In this document: piece after piece, positions 1 to 10,000 of the stretch | Layout of the letters: every line of letters begins with the position of its first letter | Numbering within the stretch: position 1 is the stretch's first letter | Assembly: GCA_012800005.1 (NCBI GenBank) | Contig: JAAZKC010000006.1 | Span: 7,436-71,435 of the forward strand | Direction of reading: 5' to 3' | Source: Acholeplasmataceae bacterium | Lineage (GTDB): Bacteria; Bacillota_I; Bacilli_A; Acholeplasmatales; UBA5453 | Length of the DNA: 64,000 nucleotides | Made by a program: the position numbers and the translations under genes | Notes under the pieces: model-generated | Told to the model about the DNA's origin: nothing | The model's input: only the letters and a program-made list of their open reading frames with translations | Database searches by the model: none

Positions 1-399
1 GGAGATCTTGCAAGAGAACATGAGCGTTATTTAACAGACGTTCACTTCAATGGTCCTGTGTTTGTAACGGATTGGCCCAAAGATATTAAAGCGTTTTATA
101 TGAGATTAAATGAAGATAATGAAACAGTTAAAGCAGTAGATTTGTTAGTTCCTGGGTCGGGTGAGCTCATTGGCGGTTCTCAAAGAGAAGAAAGATTGGA
201 TTTATTAATTAAGAGAATGGATGAAATGAATATTCCAAAGGAAGATTTGTGGTGGTATTTAGATTTGCGTAGATACGGAACTTGTATACATTCAGGATTT
301 GGAATGGGATTTGAAAGAATGATTATGTATTTAACTGGCATAGAAAATATAAGGGATGTTATTCCTTTTCCAAGAACACCAAGGAGCGCAGAGTTTTAA
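1..399 (+). CDS. asnS: Asparaginyl-tRNA synthetase, C-terminal part (5' end lies outside the window)
   Basis: The frame is open from base 1. The tail '[12 protein letters not shown]...[31 protein letters not shown]' closely matches the class IIb AsnS C-terminus. Confidence 0.9.
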   Translation, partial: GDLAREHERYLTDVHFNGPVFVTDWPKDIKAFYMRLNEDNETVKAVDLLVPGSGELIGGSQREERLDLLIKRMDEMNIPKEDLWWYLDLRRYGTCIHSGFGMGFERMIMYLTGIENIRDVIPFPRTPRSAEF

Positions 400-534
400 A
401 AAAAGTAAAGATAATATTTACAATGTAAAAACAAAAAAAAATTAAAAATAAGGTTTTTATTAGTAATAGAGCCATAAAGAAAAGATATGAAATCTTTACA
501 AATCTGTTTATCTATTTCATGGGAATAAGATGGT

Positions 535-563
535 TTGACAATTTTTTGCTACTATTATAAAAT
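535..563 (+). promoter_or_regulatory. Sigma-70-type promoter of the ABC operon (TTGACA-N17-TAAAAT)
   Basis: TTGACA at 535-540 and TAAAAT at 558-563. An 8-bp inverted repeat, ctactatt (549-556) / aatagtag (561-568), overlaps the -10. Confidence 0.5.
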
Positions 564-659
564 AGTAGTGCACAAATAATGTTTTACATTATCCTTAATT
601 GGGTGGAGTTACAAGTATATATGACGAGAAAAATAAAACATAATTTAAGAAAGGGAATA

Positions 660-685
660 AAAAAAGTTACATTTGTAACTTTTTT
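660..685 (+). promoter_or_regulatory. Perfect 12+12 palindrome in the ABC operon leader
   Basis: aaaaaagttaca-tt-tgtaactttttt lies 25 nt upstream of the ATPase start. It could be an operator or a leader hairpin followed by a T-run. Confidence 0.4.
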
Positions 686-709
686 ATGCATAAAGAATAG
701 GAGATATTT

Positions 710-1912
710 ATGGAGATAAAACTAATTAATTTGACAAAAGTCTTCGTTGATAAGACTAAGAAAGAAACAAGGGCAGTTGACAATTTTAATATTACTATTC
801 CTTCAGGGAAATTAGTGGGGTTATTAGGACCTTCAGGTTGTGGTAAATCAACAACTTTATTTATGATTGCAGGGTTACATGATCCAACAGATGGTAGAAT
901 TTTCTTTGGGGAAGATGATGTTACACGTTTATCACCAGATAAAAGAGGAATAGGACTAGTTTTCCAAAATTATGCTTTATATCCTCATATGACAGTAAGA
1001 CAAAATATCATGTTTCCACTTGAAAATCTTCAAGTTGAAAGAAATGAAGCATTGAAAGAGACGCAAGCTATTGCAAATTTAGTAGGTATTGGTAACTTAC
1101 TAGATCGTAAACCAGCACAATTATCAGGTGGTCAACAACAAAGAGTCGCTATTGCAAGAGCACTTGTGAAAAAACCAAGAGTTTTGCTTCTTGATGAACC
1201 TCTTTCAAATTTAGATGCTCGTTTAAGACTTCAAATGAGAGAAGAAATTAAACGTATTCAAAGAGAAACAGGTATTACCACAATATTTGTGACACACGAC
1301 CAAGAAGAAGCAATGAGTATTAGTGATGAAATTATCATTATGAACTTTGGTGTTGAGATGCAAAAAGGAAAACCTCAAGATATTTATAATCATCCTGACA
1401 ATCTTTTTGTTGCGAAATTCTTAGGTAATCCACCTATTAATACTTTTGAAGGTGAAATCAAAGGGAATTATTTATATTTTGAAGGGGAAAAATTATTCCC
1501 TAAGAAAGCTCCGAATGGTATATATCATGTAGGAATTAGACCAGAGGATTTTAAGGTTAACGATGTAAAAGAAGGTGTTAAAGTTAATACTGAAACAATG
1601 GAAGTTATTGGTAGAGATACAATGATTAGATTTAACGCAGGAGAACATCAGGTTCGTGCGTTAGTTGAATCTGAAACAGTTGTTGGCAAAAAAGAAGTAT
1701 ATTTAACAGTTAGAGATGATAAGATTCATTTGTTTGATTATGAAAGTGAAATAGCATTAAGAAAGATTCAAGATTTATCTCCAGAAGAGTTAGAAAAAGC
1801 TCGTGCTGAAAAACGTATTGAAAAACAAAAATTTGCTGAAGCACAAGCTATTAGAGAAGAAAAAACAAGAAAACAAAGAAGACCAAAAAAAAGTAAGAAG
1901 GAGAGCGAATAA
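710..1912 (+). CDS. ABC transporter ATPase, MalK/UgpC/MsmX type (CUT1 family), with a Lys/Glu-rich C-terminal tail
   Basis: AGGAG RBS upstream. Walker A GPSGCGKST, signature LSGGQQQRVAIARAL, Walker B LLLDEPLS, H-loop VTHDQ. The last ~55 aa are highly charged (EKARAEKRIEKQKFAEAQAIREEKTRKQRRPKKSKKESE). Confidence 0.9.
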   Translation: MEIKLINLTKVFVDKTKKETRAVDNFNITIPSGKLVGLLGPSGCGKSTTLFMIAGLHDPTDGRIFFGEDDVTRLSPDKRGIGLVFQNYALYPHMTVRQNIMFPLENLQVERNEALKETQAIANLVGIGNLLDRKPAQLSGGQQQRVAIARALVKKPRVLLLDEPLSNLDARLRLQMREEIKRIQRETGITTIFVTHDQEEAMSISDEIIIMNFGVEMQKGKPQDIYNHPDNLFVAKFLGNPPINTFEGEIKGNYLYFEGEKLFPKKAPNGIYHVGIRPEDFKVNDVKEGVKVNTETMEVIGRDTMIRFNAGEHQVRALVESETVVGKKEVYLTVRDDKIHLFDYESEIALRKIQDLSPEELEKARAEKRIEKQKFAEAQAIREEKTRKQRRPKKSKKESE

Positions 1913-1914
1913 TT

Positions 1915-3546
1915 ATGAAGACCCTTTTTGCAAAAATTAAAGTTGGTTTTGCTAAAGTTTCTTGGGTCTTTAGAAGATTAATCAACAGGGTTAAAACCGC
2001 AGTCAGAAACGTTTGTTCAAAAATATGGGTGTTTGTCTCATGCAAAGATAAACGTCTTGCAAAAGAACGCGTTAGACTAGATTACTTGAAAGACTATTTA
2101 GGGTTTGAAGATTATAATTTAGATGTTCGTTTTGATATTAATTTAAATGAATTAAGAGAAAAGCTTGGAACGCTAAATCAACAATCTAAGGAATCGGAAA
2201 CACAAAGAAAAAAATATGTTGATTCTTTACAAGGGACAAAGGAACACCAAGAATATTTAGCATCATATGAAAAAGGAATTAATAGACTTAAAACAATTGA
2301 TCAAAAGAGGCTATTAATCGCGGTTCAATATGAGAAAGAATTAAGGCTGCTTCAAGAAAAAACCAATAAAGAGATTAATAAGATTTCTTATGCAACAAGC
2401 AGTTTTAATGATGAAATATTAGAAGTTCAAGAAAGACATAGACAAGAAAAAGAAGCACTTAGAATTGAATATAATAAAATGTCACATCAAATATTCCTTG
2501 ATAGTGAAAAACCAAGTCATAAAAAGGAAGTTGAAGAAGCGCTTTATCATTATGAAATAAGAAAAGCTCATAAGAGTTTACCAACTGAAAGAACTGTATT
2601 AGAGAAAAGAGAGAAGTTTGTTAAAGCAGTAAAGAGTATTTTACAAGCAACACTTTATCTTGCTCCAGTAATGATATTACTTGCAATATTCTCGTTTTAT
2701 CCAATCATTAACTCATTTAGATTATCAGTTTATCAAGGATATAGTGAAATAGATGGCAGTATTGCTGGTTATACTTTATTTGGGAACTTTATTAACGTAT
2801 TAAAAGATGCCAATTTTATTGTTCCATCGTCACACACAGGTTCAAGTGCATTAATTAATACAGTTGTAATTGTGGCTTTATCTGTACCGCTCACAATTAT
2901 TATTGGACTTGCAATCGCGGTTGGACTTAATTCAATTAAACCACTTAAAGGGGTGTTACAAACAATATTCTTTCTACCTTATGTTACAAACTCATTAGCA
3001 TTAGGATTAGTATTTGCCTATATCTTTAGAAATGATGGAGGATTGTTTAACCAATTCTTAGCAACATTTGGTATTGATGGAGGAGCTTGGGTTGGTGTAG
3101 GAGCAAGCTATTGGAAAGCGATGTTTGTGATGATAGTATTTAGTGTTTGGAATGGTCTTGCATTTAAAATTATGGTTTTCTTAAGTGCAATTCAAGGCAT
3201 TGACAAACAATATTATCAAGCCGCATCAATTGATGCTACCCCAAGATTCAAACAGTTTAGACGCATTACAGTTCCTTTAATTTCACCAACGATTTTATAT
3301 GTTGTGATAACCTCGGTAATTGGCGGATTTAAGACATATACCTCAGTTATTGCGTTATTTGGACAATCGGGTGCACCTAGGGGAGCAACGTATAACTTAA
3401 AGACAATAGTATTCTATATTTATGACTTTTTTGAAGTAACAGGAAAATTAAGTGAAGCCGCTGCTGCTTCGATTATCTTGTTTGCGCTAATTCTACTTAT
3501 GACATTAGTTCAAATGCAAGTGTCGAAGAAACGCGTCCACTATTAA
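1915..3546 (+). CDS. ABC permease (MalF/UgpA-like) with a ~235-aa N-terminal coiled-coil-like extension
   Basis: AAGGAG RBS, and the ATG lies 3 nt after the upstream stop. The C-terminal ~300 aa have 6 hydrophobic segments and the EAA-type loop 'QAASIDATPRFKQFRRITVPLISP'. The N-terminal part is Lys/Glu-rich with heptad-like character and no TM segment. Confidence 0.85.
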   Translation: MKTLFAKIKVGFAKVSWVFRRLINRVKTAVRNVCSKIWVFVSCKDKRLAKERVRLDYLKDYLGFEDYNLDVRFDINLNELREKLGTLNQQSKESETQRKKYVDSLQGTKEHQEYLASYEKGINRLKTIDQKRLLIAVQYEKELRLLQEKTNKEINKISYATSSFNDEILEVQERHRQEKEALRIEYNKMSHQIFLDSEKPSHKKEVEEALYHYEIRKAHKSLPTERTVLEKREKFVKAVKSILQATLYLAPVMILLAIFSFYPIINSFRLSVYQGYSEIDGSIAGYTLFGNFINVLKDANFIVPSSHTGSSALINTVVIVALSVPLTIIIGLAIAVGLNSIKPLKGVLQTIFFLPYVTNSLALGLVFAYIFRNDGGLFNQFLATFGIDGGAWVGVGASYWKAMFVMIVFSVWNGLAFKIMVFLSAIQGIDKQYYQAASIDATPRFKQFRRITVPLISPTILYVVITSVIGGFKTYTSVIALFGQSGAPRGATYNLKTIVFYIYDFFEVTGKLSEAAAASIILFALILLMTLVQMQVSKKRVHY

Positions 3547-3558
3547 TGAGGTGAGTTT

Positions 3559-5037
3559 ATGGAAAATAAAAATTATAAAAAGCCACAAACATTAGGATTA
3601 ATTAGACGCCTTTCATTAGTAGGGATTGGTATTGATTTATTATTAATGTTAATATATGCAGCGATAGTTTCAATTTTATTTATGACAATTCAAGTTCCAA
3701 AAGAAAGTATCGATCTTGAAATTCCAGAAGCAACACTTAAGTATTCTTATATTATTTTTGGAAAAACATATTCTGCGGCCACAATAAATACTTTAATTAG
3801 TGTATTAGTTGTATTTATTATCATTGGCGTTACTACGTTGGTATTTTCAGTAAAACATCATAGAAGTTTAGAACATTATGATTATCATCGCTGGGAAGGC
3901 GGAAATAGAATGATACATGCCCTTTTAAGTTTATTAACTTTAAACTTTGTATCATTTGGACTTAAACTGTTAATAGCGCATTATGTATTTGAGTATTCCG
4001 AAGGTGTTTCTTTTGTTGGGATGTGGAAAAAGTTAAGAGCTGAAAGACAAGAGAAAAAAGAACGCGATAAACAATATGAACACGAAAAAAGAACTCCAGA
4101 AGAAATAGAGATTCGTAAACGCGTTAGAAGACAAACATGGTTAAAAATATTACGTTACACACTAACATATGTGTTCTTAATCTTGTTTGCGGTATTTATT
4201 TTAATTCCGTTCTATTGGATGATTTTAACAAGTTTAAAAACTTTCCAAGAAGCGAGAAGCAATAATCCTAGATTTTGGGTTCCATTTTCAGAATTACAGT
4301 GGGTAAATATTAAATTCGTTATTGAACAACTTGATTTTGGTTTATACATTAAAAACACATTAATTGTTGCGGTATTGTCAACCGCAGGAACAATTGTTAC
4401 AACAGTTTTAGCAGCTTTCGCTTTTGCGAGAATTGACTTTAAAGGTAGAGAAGCATTATTTTCATTACTATTAATGACAATGATGATTCCTGGTGAAATA
4501 TATATGATTACTAACTTTATTACGGTATCTAATAACCCTTCTGGATTTGGTTGGATTGGAACGGGTGTTGATAATCCAGTAGGATATTTCTCAACAATGA
4601 TATTACCGTTTATGACTAGTGTATTCTATATATTCTTCTTAAGACAAACATTTAAACAAGTTCCAGATGCACTCTACAGAGCTGCAAAAGTAGATGGTTG
4701 TAGTGATTTTAAATTCTTAACAAGAGTAATGTTACCAATTGGAGGACCTACGATCTTCACAATTACAATTTTAAGTATTTTAGGGTCATGGAACGCATTT
4801 GTGTGGCCAAGATTAATCACTAGAGTTGAACCTACTATTGGAAGTAAATATTGGCTAATCTCTGTTGCCTTAAGGGAAGAATCATTCGTATTAGATAAAG
4901 GTGGCGGAGTAGCTGAAACTATGTTTAACTTACAGATTGCGGCGAGCGCAATCGTAACTGTACCATTAATCATTGTATTTTTAATATTCAGAAAATATAT
5001 CATAAGAGGAGTCGGAAGTGCCGGCACTAAAGGATAA
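3559..5037 (+). CDS. ABC permease (MalG/UgpE-like) with a ~195-aa N-terminal membrane and charged-linker extension
   Basis: GAGGTGAG RBS. The permease core starts at 'FYWMILTSLKT' and has the EAA loop 'YRAAKVDGCSDFKFLTRVMLPIGGP'. Four extra hydrophobic segments and the linker 'KKLRAERQEKKERDKQYEHEKRTPEEIEIRKRVRRQ' precede it. Confidence 0.85.
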   Translation: MENKNYKKPQTLGLIRRLSLVGIGIDLLLMLIYAAIVSILFMTIQVPKESIDLEIPEATLKYSYIIFGKTYSAATINTLISVLVVFIIIGVTTLVFSVKHHRSLEHYDYHRWEGGNRMIHALLSLLTLNFVSFGLKLLIAHYVFEYSEGVSFVGMWKKLRAERQEKKERDKQYEHEKRTPEEIEIRKRVRRQTWLKILRYTLTYVFLILFAVFILIPFYWMILTSLKTFQEARSNNPRFWVPFSELQWVNIKFVIEQLDFGLYIKNTLIVAVLSTAGTIVTTVLAAFAFARIDFKGREALFSLLLMTMMIPGEIYMITNFITVSNNPSGFGWIGTGVDNPVGYFSTMILPFMTSVFYIFFLRQTFKQVPDALYRAAKVDGCSDFKFLTRVMLPIGGPTIFTITILSILGSWNAFVWPRLITRVEPTIGSKYWLISVALREESFVLDKGGGVAETMFNLQIAASAIVTVPLIIVFLIFRKYIIRGVGSAGTKG

Positions 5038-5062
5038 AGAGAAAGAGGAGGGAAAACCTTAT

Positions 5063-7081
5063 ATGAAAAGAATATTAACAATTTTCACACTTTTTGCAAG
5101 TTTAGTGTTACTTGTAGCATGTAACACTAAAGTTAGAAACACAGCACCAGAATTAAGAGGAGTTGTAACATCACACAAAGTAAATGTTGGGGATTCATTT
5201 GATCCATTAGCAGGAATCACAGCTTATGACAAAGAAGATGGGGATATTACAAAAAATATAACATCAACATTTAATCCAACATGGCTTCAAGAAGCAGGCT
5301 CATATACGTTTAGCGTTGAAGTATCTGATAAAGAAGGAGAAAAAGCTACGGCAACAATCACGTTAGTAGTAGGTAGAGTATCAGCAATTAGAATAATTGC
5401 TCCAGACGCACTTACATACTATATTGGTTCTAAAGAATTTAATCCGTTAGAAGAGGTTAGAGCTTATGATGAACTTACTGGTGAGTCAGTCGAAGTAACA
5501 GTAACAGATGAAGACTATGTAACACACATTGCATCTCGTGGAACATATACAGTTACTGCTGAAGATGAAACAGGAGCTAAAGCAGTTAAAACAATTTCTT
5601 TAACGGTTAAAGAAATGGATTATACCATTCCTAATACATTACCTAAAGGCGAGCAAATTGAAATTACTTTATGGCATTCAAATGGTTCAACTATTGAAAC
5701 AGCTATTCAAGGTTATGCGGAAGACTTTGTAGCATTAATGGCGGCCCAAGGTTATAACATTAAAATAAACATTGTTAAAAATGGTTCTAACTATGATGAA
5801 CTTAGAACAAACGTTGTTAACGCATTAAAAGGTGGAGAACTACCTAACATTGTTCAAAACTATCCTGATCACGTTGTTGAATATCATGCAAATAATGCAA
5901 TTATTTCACTTAATCCGTATATTCATCACCCAATTCATGGATATAATGCAAATAATCCAAAAGAAGCGTTTACAGGTATTGTTGAGAATTATAGAGAAGA
6001 ACAAAGACGTACAAACTTATATGGTGACTATTTATCATTACCATTTAATAAATCTACAGAAGTTGTAGTTTATAATAAAGACGTATTTGATCATGTTCTT
6101 GCAGGAAGACCTTTCCCTAAAACATGGCAAGATTTATTTGCATTAGCACCAGATCTTATTGCGATGAAAGATCAAATTGTTGCTGATGTTGCTCAAAGAT
6201 GGCAAGCAGCAGGAACACCACTTACTGCAGATGAACAACAAGTAATTAAAGATAAGTTTACACCATTTACATATGATTCTAGTGCTAACGCATTTATTAC
6301 ATTAACTAGACAATTTGGTGGAACATATACCTCTAGATTAGCTGACGGTAAAGGATCTCTTGATTTCCAAAATGATATTACAAAAGAAATGTTAACCTTT
6401 TTCGGTGAAAATAGAGATATCTTTACAGTTCCTGGTAAATGGGATGCCAACTATGCAAGTGACGTATTTAAAAAAGGAAATACATTAGTTGCGATTGGTT
6501 CAACAGCTGGTGTTAGGTATAACACACCAACTGAAAAAGGAACAAAGATCTTTAACGTAGGTGTTGCTCCTATGTTGTATGATAAGGATTCACCCGCTAG
6601 TAGAGCAGTTATCCAACAAGGAACTAATATGTCTTTAACCACAAAAGGAACAGATGTTGAAAAATTAGCATCTTGGTATTTCTTAAAATATTTAACTAGT
6701 CACGATGTTCAAAGAGAATTTGGAATAGTTACTGGCTATTCACCAATTAGAACATCTGTTTATACAGATCCATTATATGAAGAATATTTAGCGAATGCTG
6801 ATAAAGAGATTTTAGGCTCAAACGTTGAAATGGGGTTAACGCAAACAGAGTTTGTTAACTTATATCAACTAAAAGTAAAAGCTATGGCAAATAAAGTTGC
6901 AATGAAACAAACACAGTATCAATATTTTGATATTCCATTTATTGGTTCATCTAAAACAAGAGAAGCGGTTGGAATAGCATTCGATAGAGTTATTTTAGCT
7001 GCTCCAGGAGCTAATTTAGATACAGAAATCAAAAACGCACTACAGTATGCGATTGATGAAGCAAATAAAGTTGTTAAATAA
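5063..7081 (+). CDS. Lipoprotein: two Ig-like (DUF5011-like) domains fused to a family-1 extracellular solute-binding protein
   Basis: I chose the ATG at 5063 (GAGGAGGG RBS) rather than the track GTG at 5018. Signal peptide with lipobox 'LVLLVAC'. N-terminal 'AYDKEDGDITKNIT' type Ig-like repeats. The remainder is the length of a periplasmic binding protein and sits downstream of the two permeases. Confidence 0.8.
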   Translation: MKRILTIFTLFASLVLLVACNTKVRNTAPELRGVVTSHKVNVGDSFDPLAGITAYDKEDGDITKNITSTFNPTWLQEAGSYTFSVEVSDKEGEKATATITLVVGRVSAIRIIAPDALTYYIGSKEFNPLEEVRAYDELTGESVEVTVTDEDYVTHIASRGTYTVTAEDETGAKAVKTISLTVKEMDYTIPNTLPKGEQIEITLWHSNGSTIETAIQGYAEDFVALMAAQGYNIKINIVKNGSNYDELRTNVVNALKGGELPNIVQNYPDHVVEYHANNAIISLNPYIHHPIHGYNANNPKEAFTGIVENYREEQRRTNLYGDYLSLPFNKSTEVVVYNKDVFDHVLAGRPFPKTWQDLFALAPDLIAMKDQIVADVAQRWQAAGTPLTADEQQVIKDKFTPFTYDSSANAFITLTRQFGGTYTSRLADGKGSLDFQNDITKEMLTFFGENRDIFTVPGKWDANYASDVFKKGNTLVAIGSTAGVRYNTPTEKGTKIFNVGVAPMLYDKDSPASRAVIQQGTNMSLTTKGTDVEKLASWYFLKYLTSHDVQREFGIVTGYSPIRTSVYTDPLYEEYLANADKEILGSNVEMGLTQTEFVNLYQLKVKAMANKVAMKQTQYQYFDIPFIGSSKTREAVGIAFDRVILAAPGANLDTEIKNALQYAIDEANKVVK

Positions 7082-7098
7082 TGATATAGGAGGTATCT

Positions 7099-10000
7099 AT
7101 GAAACAATTTAAAAAAATATTTGTAGCACTACTTTTAGTGCTAGGACTTGGGTTAGCAAGTTGTAAAAAAGACACAACACTTGCTGATGCAAAAGCAGAA
7201 TTAAAAATCACTTATACAGAAGGACAAAATATTACACTTCCTGCTAGTTTAGGTGATGTAGTTATTACTTGGGAATCTGACAATCCTACTGTTATTAAAG
7301 CAACAGGTGAAGTTATTCAAGGATCAGAAGCTGTAGAAGTTAAATTGACAGCTACACTTACTTATAAAGGTAAAACAGAAACAAAATATTTTACAATTAA
7401 TGTTCCAAAAGGTGTTGTTCCTGGTGCTGCAAAAGCGGCTTTAGTAGCCCACTATGCAAACACCCTAGGTAGCGCAACATATAAAGTTACAGCAAATGTT
7501 GAATTAATTACTACGATTGATGGTGTTAGCGTTACTTGGAACTCAGACAACCCTGATTTCTTTAGTAATACAGGTGTAGTAACTATCCCTACATACGCAC
7601 AAGGAAATCAAAGCATTTCTTTAAAAGCAACACTAGGTGATGGAACTTCTCATACATTCCGTTTTAACCTTATTGCGTTAGAAGCAACGACAGAAGAATT
7701 AATTGAAGAAGCGTTAGATTTAGTTACAACTAAACCAGCTGGTGAATTCCAAACACAAGATTTTGTTGTGATGAATACAGTTACTATTGCTGGTACAGAA
7801 GTTCCAGTTACATGGACAACAAGTGATGAAGCAGGTATGACAGCTGATGGTAAATTAGTTGTATTTTATGAACCTACTGAAAAGAATGTAACATTAACTG
7901 CTTCAATTACTTATAACGATATTACATTAACTAGAGATGTAGTATTTAAAGTTAAGAGTTCACAAAAAGAAGAAAATTTCTATGCAGCATTAATTCCTGA
8001 AAATAGAGATAAACAGGTAATGGTTGAAAAAGTAAGTTACTTTGGAAATCTTGGTACAGATGGGTTTTACATGGTTGACTCAGAAGGTTGTCTAGCTTAT
8101 TTCTATGGTAAAAAACCAGCTAATGTTGTTGAAGGTCAATTATATAATGTTATTGCAAAGGTTGCAGTATACTATGGAGCTGCTCAATTTACAAACTTTA
8201 CTTTTATTGAAATCGAAGGTGCGGTTAATGTAGCAGTTCCAGTAGAAGTTACAATAGCCGATATCGCAGCGTTAGATAAACCAGCTAACTCTGGCCCTTG
8301 GGCTCAACATTCATATTACACATTAAAGAATGTTAAAGTTAGAATTTCTGGAACAGGAGATTATAATACACACCTTGTTACTCCTGATTTAGCAGCTGAT
8401 GCAACATTAGATGATACAAATTCAGTAATTATTTATTATAAATCTAATATTGAAGCAGTTCGCTTATTAGATGGTAAAGTTATTGATGAAATTCAATTAA
8501 TTAACAATGGGTACCGCACAGATCATAAAAAATGGAATTTTAACTTCTTAGGTACAGCTGATGATATTTTAGTTACTTTAACACCAGCAGAAATCGTTGA
8601 AAATGTTAAAGCAGCTTTACAAGATTCATTGAAGAATGCTTACTACAAAGCACAAACAATCGAATTACCAACTGAAACACAAGGAGCAAGAGTTGCGTGG
8701 GTTAGTGATAATTCATTAATTAATGCTGAAACTGGTGCAGTTACAATGCCAGAAGGCGCAGCAGTTAATGTTAAATTAACAGCAACAATTACTGCGGAAG
8801 ATGTTACAGAAATATTAGTACATACAGCAGCAGTTGGACCGCTCGTAGCAATGAATATCGCTGATTTTGCTGCAAAAACAGATGGATATATTGGTAAGAT
8901 TACAGGTGTTGTTACAGGTATAAGCGCTAATAGAGTATATATGATTGAAGATACAACAGGCGGCATTGCAATTTATTCAAGCACAGCGTTAGAAGTTGGC
9001 AAACAAGTTACAATTGTTGGTGCGAAAACAACACATAGAGGGTTACATCAAATTAATAAAGCCTCAGATGTTGATATAGTTACAGAAGCGGGAGTAGCGC
9101 CTCCAGTGGTTGAACTTCCAAACACAGTTGCGTTAACTGCAGAAGGGTTATTACCATATCAAAGTAGAAGATTAACAATTAGTGGTGAATTTACGATTAC
9201 TAATAAAGAAGTTGATAAATTTGATAACGTAACACTTACATTAAAACGCGGTGAAGAAATAGTTACACTTAAGTGGGATAGCCGTGTATCAATTTCAGAT
9301 GCAGCTAAAGCACATATTAACGGTTTAACGGTTGAACAAAAAGTTAAATTAGTAGGAGCTCTATTAGGGTGGAACAACGGTCCATTATTTGGTTATGATA
9401 ATGAATCACAACTTGAAGTAATTGCGGCAGCAAATCCACTTGATCAAGCAAATGAGGTGTTAGCAGCATTAACAGTTCCAGAAACAATTACTGATGCAAC
9501 AGCACTTAATTTACCTACTTCGGGTAATTACGAAGCGGTTATCGCTTGGGTTTCTTCACATCCTGAAGTTATTGCAGTAGACGGAACAGTAGTACTACCT
9601 ACTGAAAACATGACAGTTACTTTGACAGCAACTGTCACTGTTGGTGAAGCGGTTGTATCAAATTCGTTTGATGTTCGCATTAAAGTTGTAGATGGAACAG
9701 AAATTATAGAAACATACGCATTAGAAACAGACGCGTCTCTTGAAATCACTGGTGTTGTAATTGCAATAGATGGAACAAAACTTTACGTTCAAGATGAAAC
9801 AGCAGCAATTTATGTTTATAACCCAACAACAAATACTGCAGTTGTTGGTGATAAAGTAAAAGTTGTGGGTGTTAAAGGGAATTTTAGAGGGTTACATCAA
9901 GTAGCTAAAGATGCAACAGTTGAAGTTTTATCAAGTGGAAATTCACTTCCAGAACCAACAACAATTGCAGCAGTTACAGACTTAGTTGAAACATTACAGT

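Noticed and set aside
621-719. 32-codon upstream ORF (MTRKIKHNLRKGIKKVTFVTFLCIKNRRYLWR) overlapping the ATPase start
   Set aside because: The GGTGGAG lies 13 nt from the ATG, which is poor spacing. There is no supporting conservation evidence, and open frames of this size arise easily. It is kept only as a possibility linked to the leader palindrome.
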